In this document: positions 25,313 through 36,300 of the stretch, piece after piece
Layout of the letters: each line of letters begins with the position of its first letter
How positions within the stretch are numbered: the first letter of the stretch is position 1
IMG/VR virus record: IMGVR_UViG_3300032277_000006
Coordinates: 1-52,341 of that record
Reading direction: 5' to 3' (one strand)
From: a virus
Lineage: Duplodnaviria > Caudoviricetes
Length of the DNA stretch: 52,341 nucleotides
Position numbers and translations under genes: made by a program
The notes under the pieces: model-generated
Told to the model about the DNA's origin: nothing
The model's input: the letters and a program-made list of their open reading frames with translations, nothing else
Databases searched by the model: none

Positions 25313-28240
25313 ATGGCACGCGAAAGACTGATCATCGAGGTCAGCGAGCAGGGTACACGCGTAGTCAAGCGTAACATCGGCTCGATCGGAACGGAAGCGG
25401 AAAAATCGCTTCAGGGCGTGAACCTCCTGAAGAAGGCGCTTGCTGGGTTTGTCGCCTTCGAGTCCATCCGCAGGGCAACGCGCGTTCTGGCCGGGTTCGA
25501 GCAGCAGATGGCGACGGTCCGTGCCATCACGGGTGCGACCGACCAGCAGTTCCAAGCCCTCCGCCGCACAGCTCGAGACCTGGGCGCCACCACGCGCTTC
25601 TCCGCGTCCCAAGCCGCCGAGGGGATGACGTTCCTGGCTCGGGCGGGATTCGACGTCCAGGAATCGATCGAGACCATCGACGACACTCTCCGCCTCGCCC
25701 AGGCTGGGGCGCTCGATCTGGGCTCCGCTGCGGACATCGCCTCGAATGTGCTGACTGGGTTCCGGCTCGAGACGGATCAGGCCGCGCGCGTCGTGGACGT
25801 CCTGGCGTTCGCTGCGAACAACGCCAACACCGACGTGCTGCAGCTCGGTGAGGCTATGAAGTTCGTCGCCCCCGTCGCCGCGGGAGTCGGCGTGGACATC
25901 GAACTGGCCGCCGCAGCGATCGGTAAATTGTCGGACGCAGGCCTCCAGGGCTCGCTCGCGGGTACCGGTCTGCGCCGCGTGCTCTCGGAGCTGGAATCAC
26001 CTGCCGCCAAGACCGTCAAGCTGCTCGACTCCCTGGGCATCACGGCCGATCAGGTGCGCGTCAGTCAGGTGGGGCTGGTCGAAGCCATGACCCGCCTACG
26101 AGACGCGGGCGTTGATACCGGACTGGCTCTTGAGCTGTTCGGGGACCGCGGCGGCCCTGCGTTCGAGATCCTCCGTAATGCCATCGCACCGCTCGAGGAG
26201 ATGGAGGAAAAATTAGACGCCGCGGGAGGTACCGCAACACGTATTTCCGCAATCATGGACGACAACCTCAACGGCGCACTACTCTCGCTCGTCTCGGCCG
26301 CCGAAGCTGTCGTCCTCTCCCTGGGCGAAATAGGCGCAACGTCCGGGCTCACGACGTTCATTCGCAACGTCGCTTCGGGTGTCCGCTTCCTCTCGGACAA
26401 CGTCGAGATCCTCACGGGGTTCCTCTCCGGCCTGGGCATTCTCGCCATTCCGAAAGTCATCGCTGGGCTGAAGGCCATCAGTGCGCTGCTGCTCGCTAAC
26501 CCATGGGCTGTAGCTATCGTTGCTATCACGACGACCATCGGTGTCATTCGTTCGTTCTCGGATGAGATTCTGGTCAGCAGCGATGGCATTACCACCCTTG
26601 CGGACGTGGCCGCGGTGACGTTCGACACCATCTCGATTGCAGTAGAAAAAGCGTTCGATACGATCGGCGCCGTAATCTCGGGGCTATCGCCCACACTTGG
26701 TGCGGTGTTCGGTGACCTTGACTTCTCGCTTCGGGGATTCCTGGATCTGGCGGCGCTCGTGTTCGACTCGTTCGTAGGGCTCGTCTCTGGGTCGATTGCC
26801 GTAGTGACGTCCACCATCGAGAAGGTCCCGGCCGCATTCCTCGGCGTCGTCGAAACGGTCTTCCAGAAAATTGCAAACCTAATCACCGACGTTCTTCGGT
26901 TCATTGTCAAAGGCGTGAACGAGGTCACCGCTCGCATCCAGGAACTCTCTCGTGAGCTGCCTGGGGTGACGCTCAACATCCCCACGTTGATCGCTCCGGC
27001 ACCGCCGAACTTCGACAGCCGATTCACCGACGCCCTCGACGACTTGGGCGAGACGGCAGGGGACGCATTCAACGCAGGATTCGAGAAGGCCACGCTTGGA
27101 CGTGACGCCGTGGAAGGAATCTTCGCTGCCGCCGAGGACCGCGCTCGACAGCGCCAGCGCACCGATGCTGGAGCAAATCTTGCCGTACCTCCGGCTGCCG
27201 ATGTGCCTACGCCAAACGCAGTACCGACCCCAGGCGGTAACGAGCCTACGGGGGGAGCTGACGGACAGCGCGCGGTGAGCATCCTTGAGGCGCTCAATCG
27301 ACAGCTCGAGATCGAGCGCCAGAACATCAACTTGACGGGTATCGCCCGAGAGCGGGACAGCGAGTTGCGGCGCATCGAGAACGATCTGAAAGCCGCGGGC
27401 GTCGACCTGGGCTCGGCCGAAGGTCAGATCATCTTCGATAACGTCGAAGCACGCACGGCAGAGTTGAACACACTTCAGCGGCGCGCGGATCTCTTGGAGG
27501 AGATCAAGGGCCCGGAAGAGGAGCGCCTCTTGCGCCAGCAGGACCTGAACAACCTGCTGATGGAAGGCCTGATCACCCAGGAGGAGTACAACCAGAAGCT
27601 GAAGGAAAGCGCCGCGAACCTGAATGCCAATGCGGGCGTGTTCGACTCCTTCATTGCCCGATTGGAACAGGCCCAGGATCCGATCCAGGCTCTCGGTGTT
27701 GGGCTGGCAGACACTCTCACTGGAGCGATCGATCAGGCCTCGGGAGCGTTCGCCAACTTCATCGCCAGTGGGCTCAGCGATTTCGACTCGTTCAAGGACG
27801 GCCTGAGCAGCATCTTCGCGGGCATCGGGCAGGACATCCTGAAGCTGGTTGTTCGTTTCATCATCTTGAAAACCATCTCGGCGGCATTGTCCGGCATCGG
27901 CGGCGCAATCGGCGGCGGTGTTGGAACGGCGATCTCCGGATTCGGCGACGCACTCGGAGGGGGCGCCATCCCAGGCCGCCAGATGGGTGGACCCGTCCGG
28001 ACAGGGCAGACGGTTCGTACCGGTGAACTCGGCGAAGAGTTGTTCACGCCGACGCGAAGCGGTAACATCACTCCTAACTCGCAGCTCCCCGGAAACGCTC
28101 CGGTGAGTGTTCAGGTTGTCAACGTCGAGAACCCGGACCAAGCGGCGGAGTTCCTCGAGTCGCCTCCGGGCGGCGAGGCTGTCGTAAACATCCTCGGAAA
28201 GAATCGCCGACAAGTTCGGCAGGTCTTAGGAATCCAGTAA
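25313..28240 (+). CDS. tail tape measure protein (TP901-type)
   Basis: 975 aa, Ala/Leu-rich; TTRFSASQAAEGMTFLARAGF, LGEAMKFVAPVA, GSLAGTGLR. Confidence 0.95.
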   Translation: MARERLIIEVSEQGTRVVKRNIGSIGTEAEKSLQGVNLLKKALAGFVAFESIRRATRVLAGFEQQMATVRAITGATDQQFQALRRTARDLGATTRFSASQAAEGMTFLARAGFDVQESIETIDDTLRLAQAGALDLGSAADIASNVLTGFRLETDQAARVVDVLAFAANNANTDVLQLGEAMKFVAPVAAGVGVDIELAAAAIGKLSDAGLQGSLAGTGLRRVLSELESPAAKTVKLLDSLGITADQVRVSQVGLVEAMTRLRDAGVDTGLALELFGDRGGPAFEILRNAIAPLEEMEEKLDAAGGTATRISAIMDDNLNGALLSLVSAAEAVVLSLGEIGATSGLTTFIRNVASGVRFLSDNVEILTGFLSGLGILAIPKVIAGLKAISALLLANPWAVAIVAITTTIGVIRSFSDEILVSSDGITTLADVAAVTFDTISIAVEKAFDTIGAVISGLSPTLGAVFGDLDFSLRGFLDLAALVFDSFVGLVSGSIAVVTSTIEKVPAAFLGVVETVFQKIANLITDVLRFIVKGVNEVTARIQELSRELPGVTLNIPTLIAPAPPNFDSRFTDALDDLGETAGDAFNAGFEKATLGRDAVEGIFAAAEDRARQRQRTDAGANLAVPPAADVPTPNAVPTPGGNEPTGGADGQRAVSILEALNRQLEIERQNINLTGIARERDSELRRIENDLKAAGVDLGSAEGQIIFDNVEARTAELNTLQRRADLLEEIKGPEEERLLRQQDLNNLLMEGLITQEEYNQKLKESAANLNANAGVFDSFIARLEQAQDPIQALGVGLADTLTGAIDQASGAFANFIASGLSDFDSFKDGLSSIFAGIGQDILKLVVRFIILKTISAALSGIGGAIGGGVGTAISGFGDALGGGAIPGRQMGGPVRTGQTVRTGELGEELFTPTRSGNITPNSQLPGNAPVSVQVVNVENPDQAAEFLESPPGGEAVVNILGKNRRQVRQVLGIQ

Positions 28241-29802
28241 TGCCATTCATTCTCGGAAAAACCGCAACGAACCATGTCGACCTGCTCGACAAGATCGAAC
28301 AGCTGGTCACAGGTAGCTCGCTCGACAGCGCGAACATCCCGACGGTGAATGCCGCGGGGACAGGCTACGTCGTTGCGGACAAGGTCTCACTCTCGGGCGG
28401 GACGTCGACCATCGTCGGAGAGGTCGAGATTCTCACCGTCGGAGGGTCCGGCGAGGTCACTTCGCTGAAGATCTCGCAGTCCGGCGTCTACACCTCCACC
28501 CCAGGCCCCACAGGGATCACCACAACGGGCGGTACGGGCTCCGGGCTAACGCTCGACTGCACGTTCGTATCGAACGGCTGGACCACGCAGCGGCGCACGC
28601 AGGAGGCCGACACGGTCACCCTCAATGCGGGCGGAACCGGCTATACGAACGGCGACACCCTGACCGTCAGCTCAGGCCTGACTGCCTCTTTGGTTGGGCA
28701 GGAGATCCAAGCCACGGTCACGGGGGAAACGGGCGGCGTGATCACGTCCATCTCGATCGCGGATCGCGGGTACTACCACGAGCCCCCAGCCTCACTCACA
28801 GGCATGGCGGTCACGGGCGGTACGGGCACAGGGGCCACACTGGACGTCACGCTCCGCAACGGGTCGAACGTCGCCCGAGAGCAGCAGTGGATTGCGAAAG
28901 GGGACGGGTCGGGTTCGGAGAACATCTACGTGGGCGCGCGCGCCTATCAGCAGGCCGCGTTCCATCACTGGGAGCTGGCAGGTATGAACGGCTACACGGC
29001 GGCGAATCCGTGGAGCAACCAGCCGAACATCAGCCCCGGGCGCTACGACAGCTCGGAGCAGGGTCAGTACGTCCCCTTGGACGACACCGCGATGAGCTAC
29101 TGGGCGTTCGTGAGCCCAAGCCGCGTGATTGTGATCGCCCACGTGGGGAGCACGAGCTACGTCAACATGTATCTCGGTCTGTACGCGCGGTTCGGCACGG
29201 CGACGGAGTACCCGTACCCGCTCATGATCATGGGGTGTTCGAGTTCATTTGAGCAAGCATTCAACTCGGGCAACATCGGGTACTCCGGAATGCTGGATCC
29301 GATCTCGTTTGACAGCCATAACGACGGCCCGGGGAGGTTGCTGGATACCGATGGAACGTGGCGCACGGTGCGCAACTCGAGCCAGGTAGGGGCAACACGC
29401 GTACGTGCAACTGATCTGTGTATTTATCCCGCTGGGTACGCCAACACAGGCGCGCTCGCCACCGAAGACTCCTGGGCTACGGAAGATCACGACACCTTAG
29501 ATCTAATCCCGCCCACAGGGATTCCAGGAGCACCTTCGGCCGTGCTTCAGCAAACCCCGGATACAGGCGGCAACCTCGTCAACACCTTGCCGACGATCAT
29601 CCTGCAGGCTGGAGCAGGTGGTGCGGCGCGCAAGGTGCACGGCGAGCTGGACGGAGTCGTCTGGTTAGGAAATGACGCCAACCTCGACTCGGCTCAGATT
29701 CTTTCGCAAGACAAGATCGATGTGGGCAGCGATCGGTATCACGTTTTCCAGAACTGCCGACGCGTCGATCAGTTCGCTTTCTTCGCCGTCAAGGAGGCGT
29801 AA
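28240..29802 (+). CDS. tail/baseplate structural protein with two GGTGY-type repeats
   Basis: After the tape measure gene; NAAGTGY and NAGGTGY repeats; EYPYPLMIMG motif. Confidence 0.7.
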   Translation: MPFILGKTATNHVDLLDKIEQLVTGSSLDSANIPTVNAAGTGYVVADKVSLSGGTSTIVGEVEILTVGGSGEVTSLKISQSGVYTSTPGPTGITTTGGTGSGLTLDCTFVSNGWTTQRRTQEADTVTLNAGGTGYTNGDTLTVSSGLTASLVGQEIQATVTGETGGVITSISIADRGYYHEPPASLTGMAVTGGTGTGATLDVTLRNGSNVAREQQWIAKGDGSGSENIYVGARAYQQAAFHHWELAGMNGYTAANPWSNQPNISPGRYDSSEQGQYVPLDDTAMSYWAFVSPSRVIVIAHVGSTSYVNMYLGLYARFGTATEYPYPLMIMGCSSSFEQAFNSGNIGYSGMLDPISFDSHNDGPGRLLDTDGTWRTVRNSSQVGATRVRATDLCIYPAGYANTGALATEDSWATEDHDTLDLIPPTGIPGAPSAVLQQTPDTGGNLVNTLPTIILQAGAGGAARKVHGELDGVVWLGNDANLDSAQILSQDKIDVGSDRYHVFQNCRRVDQFAFFAVKEA

Positions 29803-30791
29803 TGGCTTATCAAACCGGGGTTCCCACGAGCCAAGAAAACTTCTTCGACCTACTGACGACGTTCGCCGCGGCGAACGGGTTCACCCTTGACGAGCATAGC
29901 GCCCCAAGCTCTCGCTCGGCAATCTCTCACGCGGCGTCGGGGCTCTACGTCCAGTGGCGATGGGACGGCACGCAGGGCGTCGCTGCGTACCAATCCACAG
30001 GGTTCTCTCTGGGCACAGCTCCCGGCTCACAGGCAGGAGACTCTGGGAATGGTCAGGCGTCTGGAACGGTCACCACAGAACGCCGTTGGGAAGCTATCGG
30101 CGCGGGCCCATACACGAGCTACCATTTCTTTGCGAACAACAACTCTCAGGGGTTCCCCTATCTGCACTACGTTCTGGAGTACGCGCCGGGAGAGTTTCGT
30201 CACGGCTCGGTTGGGCGACTGGAGATCTTCGGAGACAACTGGGGCGGAGCGACCGCGGAGAAGGGCGCCTACTGCGCTCACGCTCATTGGAGCGGAACCG
30301 TGGGCCCAACGTCCACGGTTCACGCCTTCCTCTTCGACAGCCTGGGTGCACAAGACACCGAGGCCACAACGTGGCGCTGCAATAACGCAGGGGGAGAGCT
30401 ACCCTCACACTCGACGACACAGAAGTGGTTCGTGCACACTGACGACATAACCATCGGCAACGACCCTGCGGGTAACGTGCGTGAGCGTTCAGGCTGTGGG
30501 ATCAGGGAAGGCTTCCTGGCGAACGCCATGGATGGGTACCCGGCCAACCCGAACTCGGGTTTCGTACCCTTCGTACCAGTCTTTATTTATTACCGCTTTT
30601 TCGCGCCCACAGTCCGCTTCGCCAAGCTGGGCGAGGTGCCCGACATTCGCTTTCTGAACGGCAAGAACCTCGAGCCCGCCGAAGAGTTGGTACTCGGCTC
30701 GGATACATGGAAGACATTCCCCTGGGCACGTAAGGCGACGTCAGGGCATCACAGCGGGAACGCATTCATCGCCTATAAGAAGGTTGTGTGA
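29802..30791 (+). CDS. virion structural protein
   Basis: MAYQTG...FAAANGF; coupled within the tail module. Confidence 0.7.
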   Translation: MAYQTGVPTSQENFFDLLTTFAAANGFTLDEHSAPSSRSAISHAASGLYVQWRWDGTQGVAAYQSTGFSLGTAPGSQAGDSGNGQASGTVTTERRWEAIGAGPYTSYHFFANNNSQGFPYLHYVLEYAPGEFRHGSVGRLEIFGDNWGGATAEKGAYCAHAHWSGTVGPTSTVHAFLFDSLGAQDTEATTWRCNNAGGELPSHSTTQKWFVHTDDITIGNDPAGNVRERSGCGIREGFLANAMDGYPANPNSGFVPFVPVFIYYRFFAPTVRFAKLGEVPDIRFLNGKNLEPAEELVLGSDTWKTFPWARKATSGHHSGNAFIAYKKVV

Positions 30792-32521
30792 TGGCCACGT
30801 TCAAGGGGCAGGTAGAGAAGAACGTTCAGGACGACGGGGCGCGCGTCAAGAACTGGCAGCAGGGACCAGGGGGACCGACGAACCCTGATCCCCAATGGGG
30901 CTCGGTGACTCCAGCGGAACTTCCCGCCCTGAAGGCCGAACCACAGGGGGTGTACTCCGCCTCGGAGAGAATCTCCATCCCCTCTGGGCAATGCTTCAAG
31001 GGACAGATCGGCGGGACTCCTGCGTCTGACTTCTTTGGTAAAGTGATCGTCTTGCCCAGGAAGATCGAAGCGGGGTTGGTGCTGAACACTAAAACGTTCA
31101 CCATCACGATCGACAACACGTACCGGACCGCGAAGCGCGTGTTCCAGGGTTTCGCCAACACCGCAGGCGATGGCGTCACGATAATAAATCTGCCTGCGCT
31201 GTCGCTGGATCTGCCTGCGCTGTCCGGTTTGTCCCTGACGCTCGAAGTGACGCTCGACGGCCCTGCCACCATCTCGGGCAACCTGGAGTTCACCTTCGAT
31301 ACGCGGGTGGACACGGTACCTGTTACAGGCCAGCGCTCGGTCACGCTCGGGTTTCCGCCCGAGACGCCTATGATCGAGAAGCTGCAGTTTCTCACTGACG
31401 TGATCGAGAAGCGCGTCGGCACAGAACAGCGCGTAAGTCTTCGGGAAACGCCGCGCCAAATCGTCGAGATGGATCTACGTATCGAGGGGGACGACGCACG
31501 GCTGTATCGATCGATCATGGCGTCGTCGCAAGCGAGAACTTTTGGTCTGCCGATCTGGTGGGAACCTACTGTGACCACGTCAGCGGTAGCCGTCAACGAC
31601 ACTACGATCAACGTGGAGACGACGGCGAACGCTGACTACCGCGTCGGCGGGCTGGCGGTAATTTGGACCGGGCACTCCACCATGGAGACGCTCCAAATCA
31701 AAACGATCAACGCGACCAGCCTCGAGTTCGAGTCTGCGTCTACTCAGGTATTTGCGTCAGGAACACGCGTAATGCCTGTGCGCCAAGCCTTCACCTTGTC
31801 GGAGACGGTGCGCGGCAACCGTCACCCCAAGCGAGTGGTCGACCAGCGCCTCGTGATGACGATCCTTGACAATGACGTTGACCTGTCGGACGTCAGCGCC
31901 TTCCCCGCGTTCGAATCGAAAGTCCTATTCAACGGCAAGGGAAACCGGAACGTCATCCGTGGCCGAACGCTGGGCACTGAATCCCGCCGCCGCATCCACG
32001 TCATCGACAACCGTGTCGGTAAATTCGAGGTCCACACGGAACAGGCCCTTAACGTAGACTCCTCGCGGTTCACATTGAACGCAAAGTCTCGCGCTCGTCT
32101 GTGGCAACTGCGACAGTTGGCCCACGGGCTACGCGGTAATCAGGTCTCGTTCTTCGCGCCGACCTACGCCGAAGACTTCATCCCAACGCAAGCGATCTCC
32201 AGCACAGGCACCACCTTGGTGTTCGAGAACTCCGGTTTCTCGCGATTGATCAACGCAGGAAAGCCTTTCGACGTGGTCATGGTACGATTGACTGACGGCA
32301 CGGAGATCATTCGCAGGATCTCCTCGGCGTCGGAGATTGATTCGTCAGAGGAGCAGGTAGAGGTTTCGGCCGTCTGGGGCGTTAACGCGCAGCCAGGGGA
32401 TATCGAGCTGGTATGTCTGGCGCCGAAGACTCGGATCTCTTCCGACGAGGTCACGTTCACGCATCGGGACGGGAACGGGAACTCCACCATGTCATTCCCG
32501 ACCATCACCGTTCTTGACTAA
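30791..32521 (+). CDS. tail structural protein (distal-tail-like)
   Basis: EKLQFLTDVI...EQRVSLR.TPR, LRGNQVSFFAPT; exact start uncertain (30788 GTG or 30791 ATG). Confidence 0.7.
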   Translation: MATFKGQVEKNVQDDGARVKNWQQGPGGPTNPDPQWGSVTPAELPALKAEPQGVYSASERISIPSGQCFKGQIGGTPASDFFGKVIVLPRKIEAGLVLNTKTFTITIDNTYRTAKRVFQGFANTAGDGVTIINLPALSLDLPALSGLSLTLEVTLDGPATISGNLEFTFDTRVDTVPVTGQRSVTLGFPPETPMIEKLQFLTDVIEKRVGTEQRVSLRETPRQIVEMDLRIEGDDARLYRSIMASSQARTFGLPIWWEPTVTTSAVAVNDTTINVETTANADYRVGGLAVIWTGHSTMETLQIKTINATSLEFESASTQVFASGTRVMPVRQAFTLSETVRGNRHPKRVVDQRLVMTILDNDVDLSDVSAFPAFESKVLFNGKGNRNVIRGRTLGTESRRRIHVIDNRVGKFEVHTEQALNVDSSRFTLNAKSRARLWQLRQLAHGLRGNQVSFFAPTYAEDFIPTQAISSTGTTLVFENSGFSRLINAGKPFDVVMVRLTDGTEIIRRISSASEIDSSEEQVEVSAVWGVNAQPGDIELVCLAPKTRISSDEVTFTHRDGNGNSTMSFPTITVLD

Positions 32522-33351
32522 TGACATACGACGCCCAAGAATCCTCCCTCGAAGCCGGGCAGCCGGTAGAGCTTTACGAGTTCACCGTCAACACCACGGT
32601 ATATAGATACACCTCGAATCAGACGGACTTTCCCATCGGAGGATTTACCTACCTGTGCCGATCGATTGAGCGATCGGACTTGCAGAAGGTTCCGAACGAT
32701 CCTGCCTCCGAAGAGATCGAGGTGCAGCTGCCCTCGTCTGACGACTTCGTCCGCAATTACTACGTGATCGCCCCCGGGCAGCCTGTATCCCTGAAGATCT
32801 CACGAGTGCACCGCAACGACGGAGCGAACGAGATCCAAATCATCTTCCAGGGCACCGTCCGCAACGTGGGGTATACGAAAGGGAACCGCAGCGCAACGGT
32901 CTACGCCGTCCCCAAAGCTGCCGCAGCCACGCGTATCATTCCGGTCAGAGTGTTCTCCACTCAGTGCAACAACCTGGTATATGACGATCGTTGCAAGGTC
33001 GACGTGGATAACCCACTATTCATGTTCGAGGGCACCATCACATCCGTCGACACGAAGGGTACTGCACTGACCGTACCGGGCGCAGCAGCTTTCAACGCGC
33101 TGACAGATTTCTTTCAAGCGGGAATGGTCCGCAGGGGTGACGACCAGCGCATGATCATCTCTCAGGCTGGTGACGTTGTGACCGTCAACGTAGCCTTCCC
33201 CACTACGCCGCTGGGAGCTGCGGTCAAGCTGAACGCAGGATGCAAACAGCGCTTCGTCACGGATTGTGCGTCGAAGTTTTCTAACACAGATAATTTCGGG
33301 GGCTTTCCCTACATGCCTACCGAGGACCCTCATCGAACGGGGATTGCCTAA
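32521..33351 (+). CDS. tail hub protein (DUF2163/BR0599 family)
   Basis: E.S...GQPVELYEF; QC...VYD.RC; GC......C..KF.N..NFGGFPYMP. Confidence 0.85.
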   Translation: MTYDAQESSLEAGQPVELYEFTVNTTVYRYTSNQTDFPIGGFTYLCRSIERSDLQKVPNDPASEEIEVQLPSSDDFVRNYYVIAPGQPVSLKISRVHRNDGANEIQIIFQGTVRNVGYTKGNRSATVYAVPKAAAATRIIPVRVFSTQCNNLVYDDRCKVDVDNPLFMFEGTITSVDTKGTALTVPGAAAFNALTDFFQAGMVRRGDDQRMIISQAGDVVTVNVAFPTTPLGAAVKLNAGCKQRFVTDCASKFSNTDNFGGFPYMPTEDPHRTGIA

Positions 33352-36300
33352 TGGCCATCATCACAACGATTGTTGTATCTCTCGTCGTCGCTGTCATCTC
33401 AACGGTCCTCAGCGAGCTACTCAAGCCGCCCCCAGATATCCAGAACGCCAAGCCCGCAGGGCAGGGCGACTTCAAGCTGCCTACGGCCCAAGAGAATAGG
33501 CCTATCCCCCTCATCTGGGGGCGCGTGAAGCAGAGCGGACCCAACGTCACTTGGTGGGGAGATATCAAGACGATCAAGATCCGTGAAAAGATCAAGACGG
33601 GCTTGTTCTCCTCCAAGAAGGTGACGACAGGCTTCCGCTATTTCGTAGGGGTGCAGTTCTCGCTTTGTCGTGGGCCGATCGACGCGGTGACGAAGATCTG
33701 GATGGGGGACAAGATAGCCTACGACAACTCGTCCTTCACTTTCGGCACACTCACGATCGACAAGCCTGCGCTGTTCGGCGGTGTAAAGTTCGGAACTGGT
33801 GGAATCCAGGGCGACGTCGACGTTACGCAGGGCACCGAAACCGAAACGACAAACACATACCTGGGAACTCAGCAGTCACCCAGCCTGCCTTACCGCGGTA
33901 CGTGTCTGGCCATCTTCAAACAGGTGTTCTACGGCACCTCAACACAAATCAAACCTGCCGCTTTCGAGGTGGCGCGCTTCCCCAACGGGCTGAGCTTGCT
34001 GGGCGGTAAACACATCATCAATCTCGACGGAGCCAACATGGCGAACGTCGTGTATGAGATCCTGACGAACAATGAATGGGGCTTCGGTCAACCGGCCTCG
34101 ATCGTCGATGTAGCTAACTTCACTGCCGCGGCAGACACGCTTCACTCCGAGGGTAACGGATTCGCCATGCTGCTCGATCGGCAGCTCTCGGCGCAAGAAA
34201 TCCTCGACCTCGTGCAGGACCAGATGGGTGGCGTAGCCTTCCTCGACATAGAAGACGAGAAATATAAGATCAAGCTCGCACGAGACGACTACGACATTGA
34301 CACCGTGCCACAGCTGACCGACGACACCATCGTCGAGATCCGAGAGTTCACACGAGGAACTTGGGAGGATACGGCGAACCACATTCGAGTCGAGTTCACC
34401 GATCGAGCCCGGAATTATTTCGACACCTACGCCACCACGTCCGACATCTCTAACCAGAGGATCCAGAACGGACAAGTGGTTTCCTCGGTGATTAAGTACC
34501 CAGGGATCAAGGACAAGACGTTGGCCCAACGGGTTGCCTCGCGAGACCTGCGGGAACTTTCTATCCCGCGCTCGAAGGCGACGATTCTGGTAGACCGCAC
34601 GTTCCATAGCATAAAGCCTGGCGACGTCGTAGCTCTGACGGAGGACAACGTTGGCCTGGTGAAGCTGCCGATGCGAGTCATGCGCATCGGGTACGGCAGC
34701 CTGGAGAGCGGCGCCATCGAGCTGGGCTTGGCGGAGGACGTGTTCCGTTTTGACGCGTCGGTGTTCGGCGACCCCGATGACACCCTGTGGGTGCCACCTT
34801 CGACCGACGTCAACGCGCCGCCCCTATCTCAGCAGCTTGTGTTCGAGTCGCCCAGGGGGATTACGCGTAGAGACCCAGAGACCCCAGAGACCTTCGACCG
34901 AGTCTGGGCCGGGCTACGCCGACAGGGTGCAGAGATCGCTTTCAAGATCCACCAGCGCTCCGCGTCTGGAACCCCAGCGGGAGCATACATCGAAGACTCG
35001 GACGACGTACCCGAGTTCATCCTGATGGGCACGGTGCGGGACGCCTTGGTTCCTGGACCTGCGCAGGGAATCACAACCATCACTGTGAACCAGTCGCCGG
35101 ACTTCCTGGCGGACTTGCAGGCCGCGTTCTCGCAAAGCGTTGCCTCCGCCGACGTTGGGCAGAACCTGACGAACCTGTGCATGATCGGCTCAGATCCGGC
35201 CACAGCAGAATTCGTGTGCCCCCTGTCGAGCACCAACCAGACGACGCACCTCGACCTGGAGAACTGCTGGCGCGGGCTGCTCGACACGACGCCCAGGGAT
35301 CACGCTGTAGGCACCCCTGTGTATCTAATCTTCAACGGCGGGGAGATGAACCTATCCGCACTGAACCGCGGGTACAACGTCGATGTGCAGCTGCGCGGAT
35401 CGTCTCTCAGCGACACCCTGACCGAAATTGAGTCGGTCACTACGGCGCTCACGTTGATCGATCGTCACCGACGACCGATACCACCAACGGAGATGGAGGT
35501 CAACGGCGTGGCATATGACGCGTTGGTCGACCCAGACGCGTTGAAGACGGGCGGATCAGGAGAGGACGGTAAGGGCATAGAGGTCGAGTTCACGCGCCGG
35601 GACTACGTCACGTATGACGAGGTGGAAGGTATCCAGACGGACGCCGAAACCCTGGACGATAATTTCCCGACAAAGAACACTACGCAATATCAGACGAAAG
35701 CAACTGCCGTCGTTGGTTTGGATGCGCTGCTGCAGGGAATCCGCGGCCACTGGAAAATGGAGGAAGCGAACGGCGCGACACGCTTCGACGCAACCGAGAA
35801 CAACTCGGACCTGGGGAACTTCGGCGCGGTGAATCAATCCGTTTCGGGTAAGATCGGCAACGCGGCGGACTTCGCGGGCGGGTACTTGCATCGCAACACC
35901 GACACGGAGTTCATGAACGACGGGGGAAGCTTCCACCTCTGTGCGTGGGTCAACCTCGACGACAAGCTTGGTACCCAGACGATCATCGGTAAGTGGTTCG
36001 AGGATTCGAACCGCCGACAGTTCGTCGTAGACTTCGACAACTCGGCCGATCGATTCCGCCTACGGGTGTCAGCAGACGGAACCGCGGTCACCACTCTCGC
36101 CGCCGACTCGCTGGGCTCACCTTCCGCGGCAATCTGGTACTTCGTCCAGGCCTGGCACGACGCCGATCAGTGCTCGATCAACCTGCGTGTGAATGACGGG
36201 AAGGTTGACACCCTGGTCTACACCGGAGGGATCCACACATCAACCGCCGTATTCCGCCTGGGTGCCATCAACAACGCGTTGGCCACAGCCGACAATTTCC

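Noticed and set aside
26065-28213. Long antisense ORFs (26065..27375, 26879..28213; also 21634..22701, 48203..49474)
   Set aside because: Typical high-GC shadow frames opposite well-supported genes, with no motifs.
31190-31224. Short direct repeat CTGCCTGCGCTGTC x2
   Set aside because: In-frame micro-duplication (LPALS-LD-LPALS) within a tail gene; no further copies noticed.
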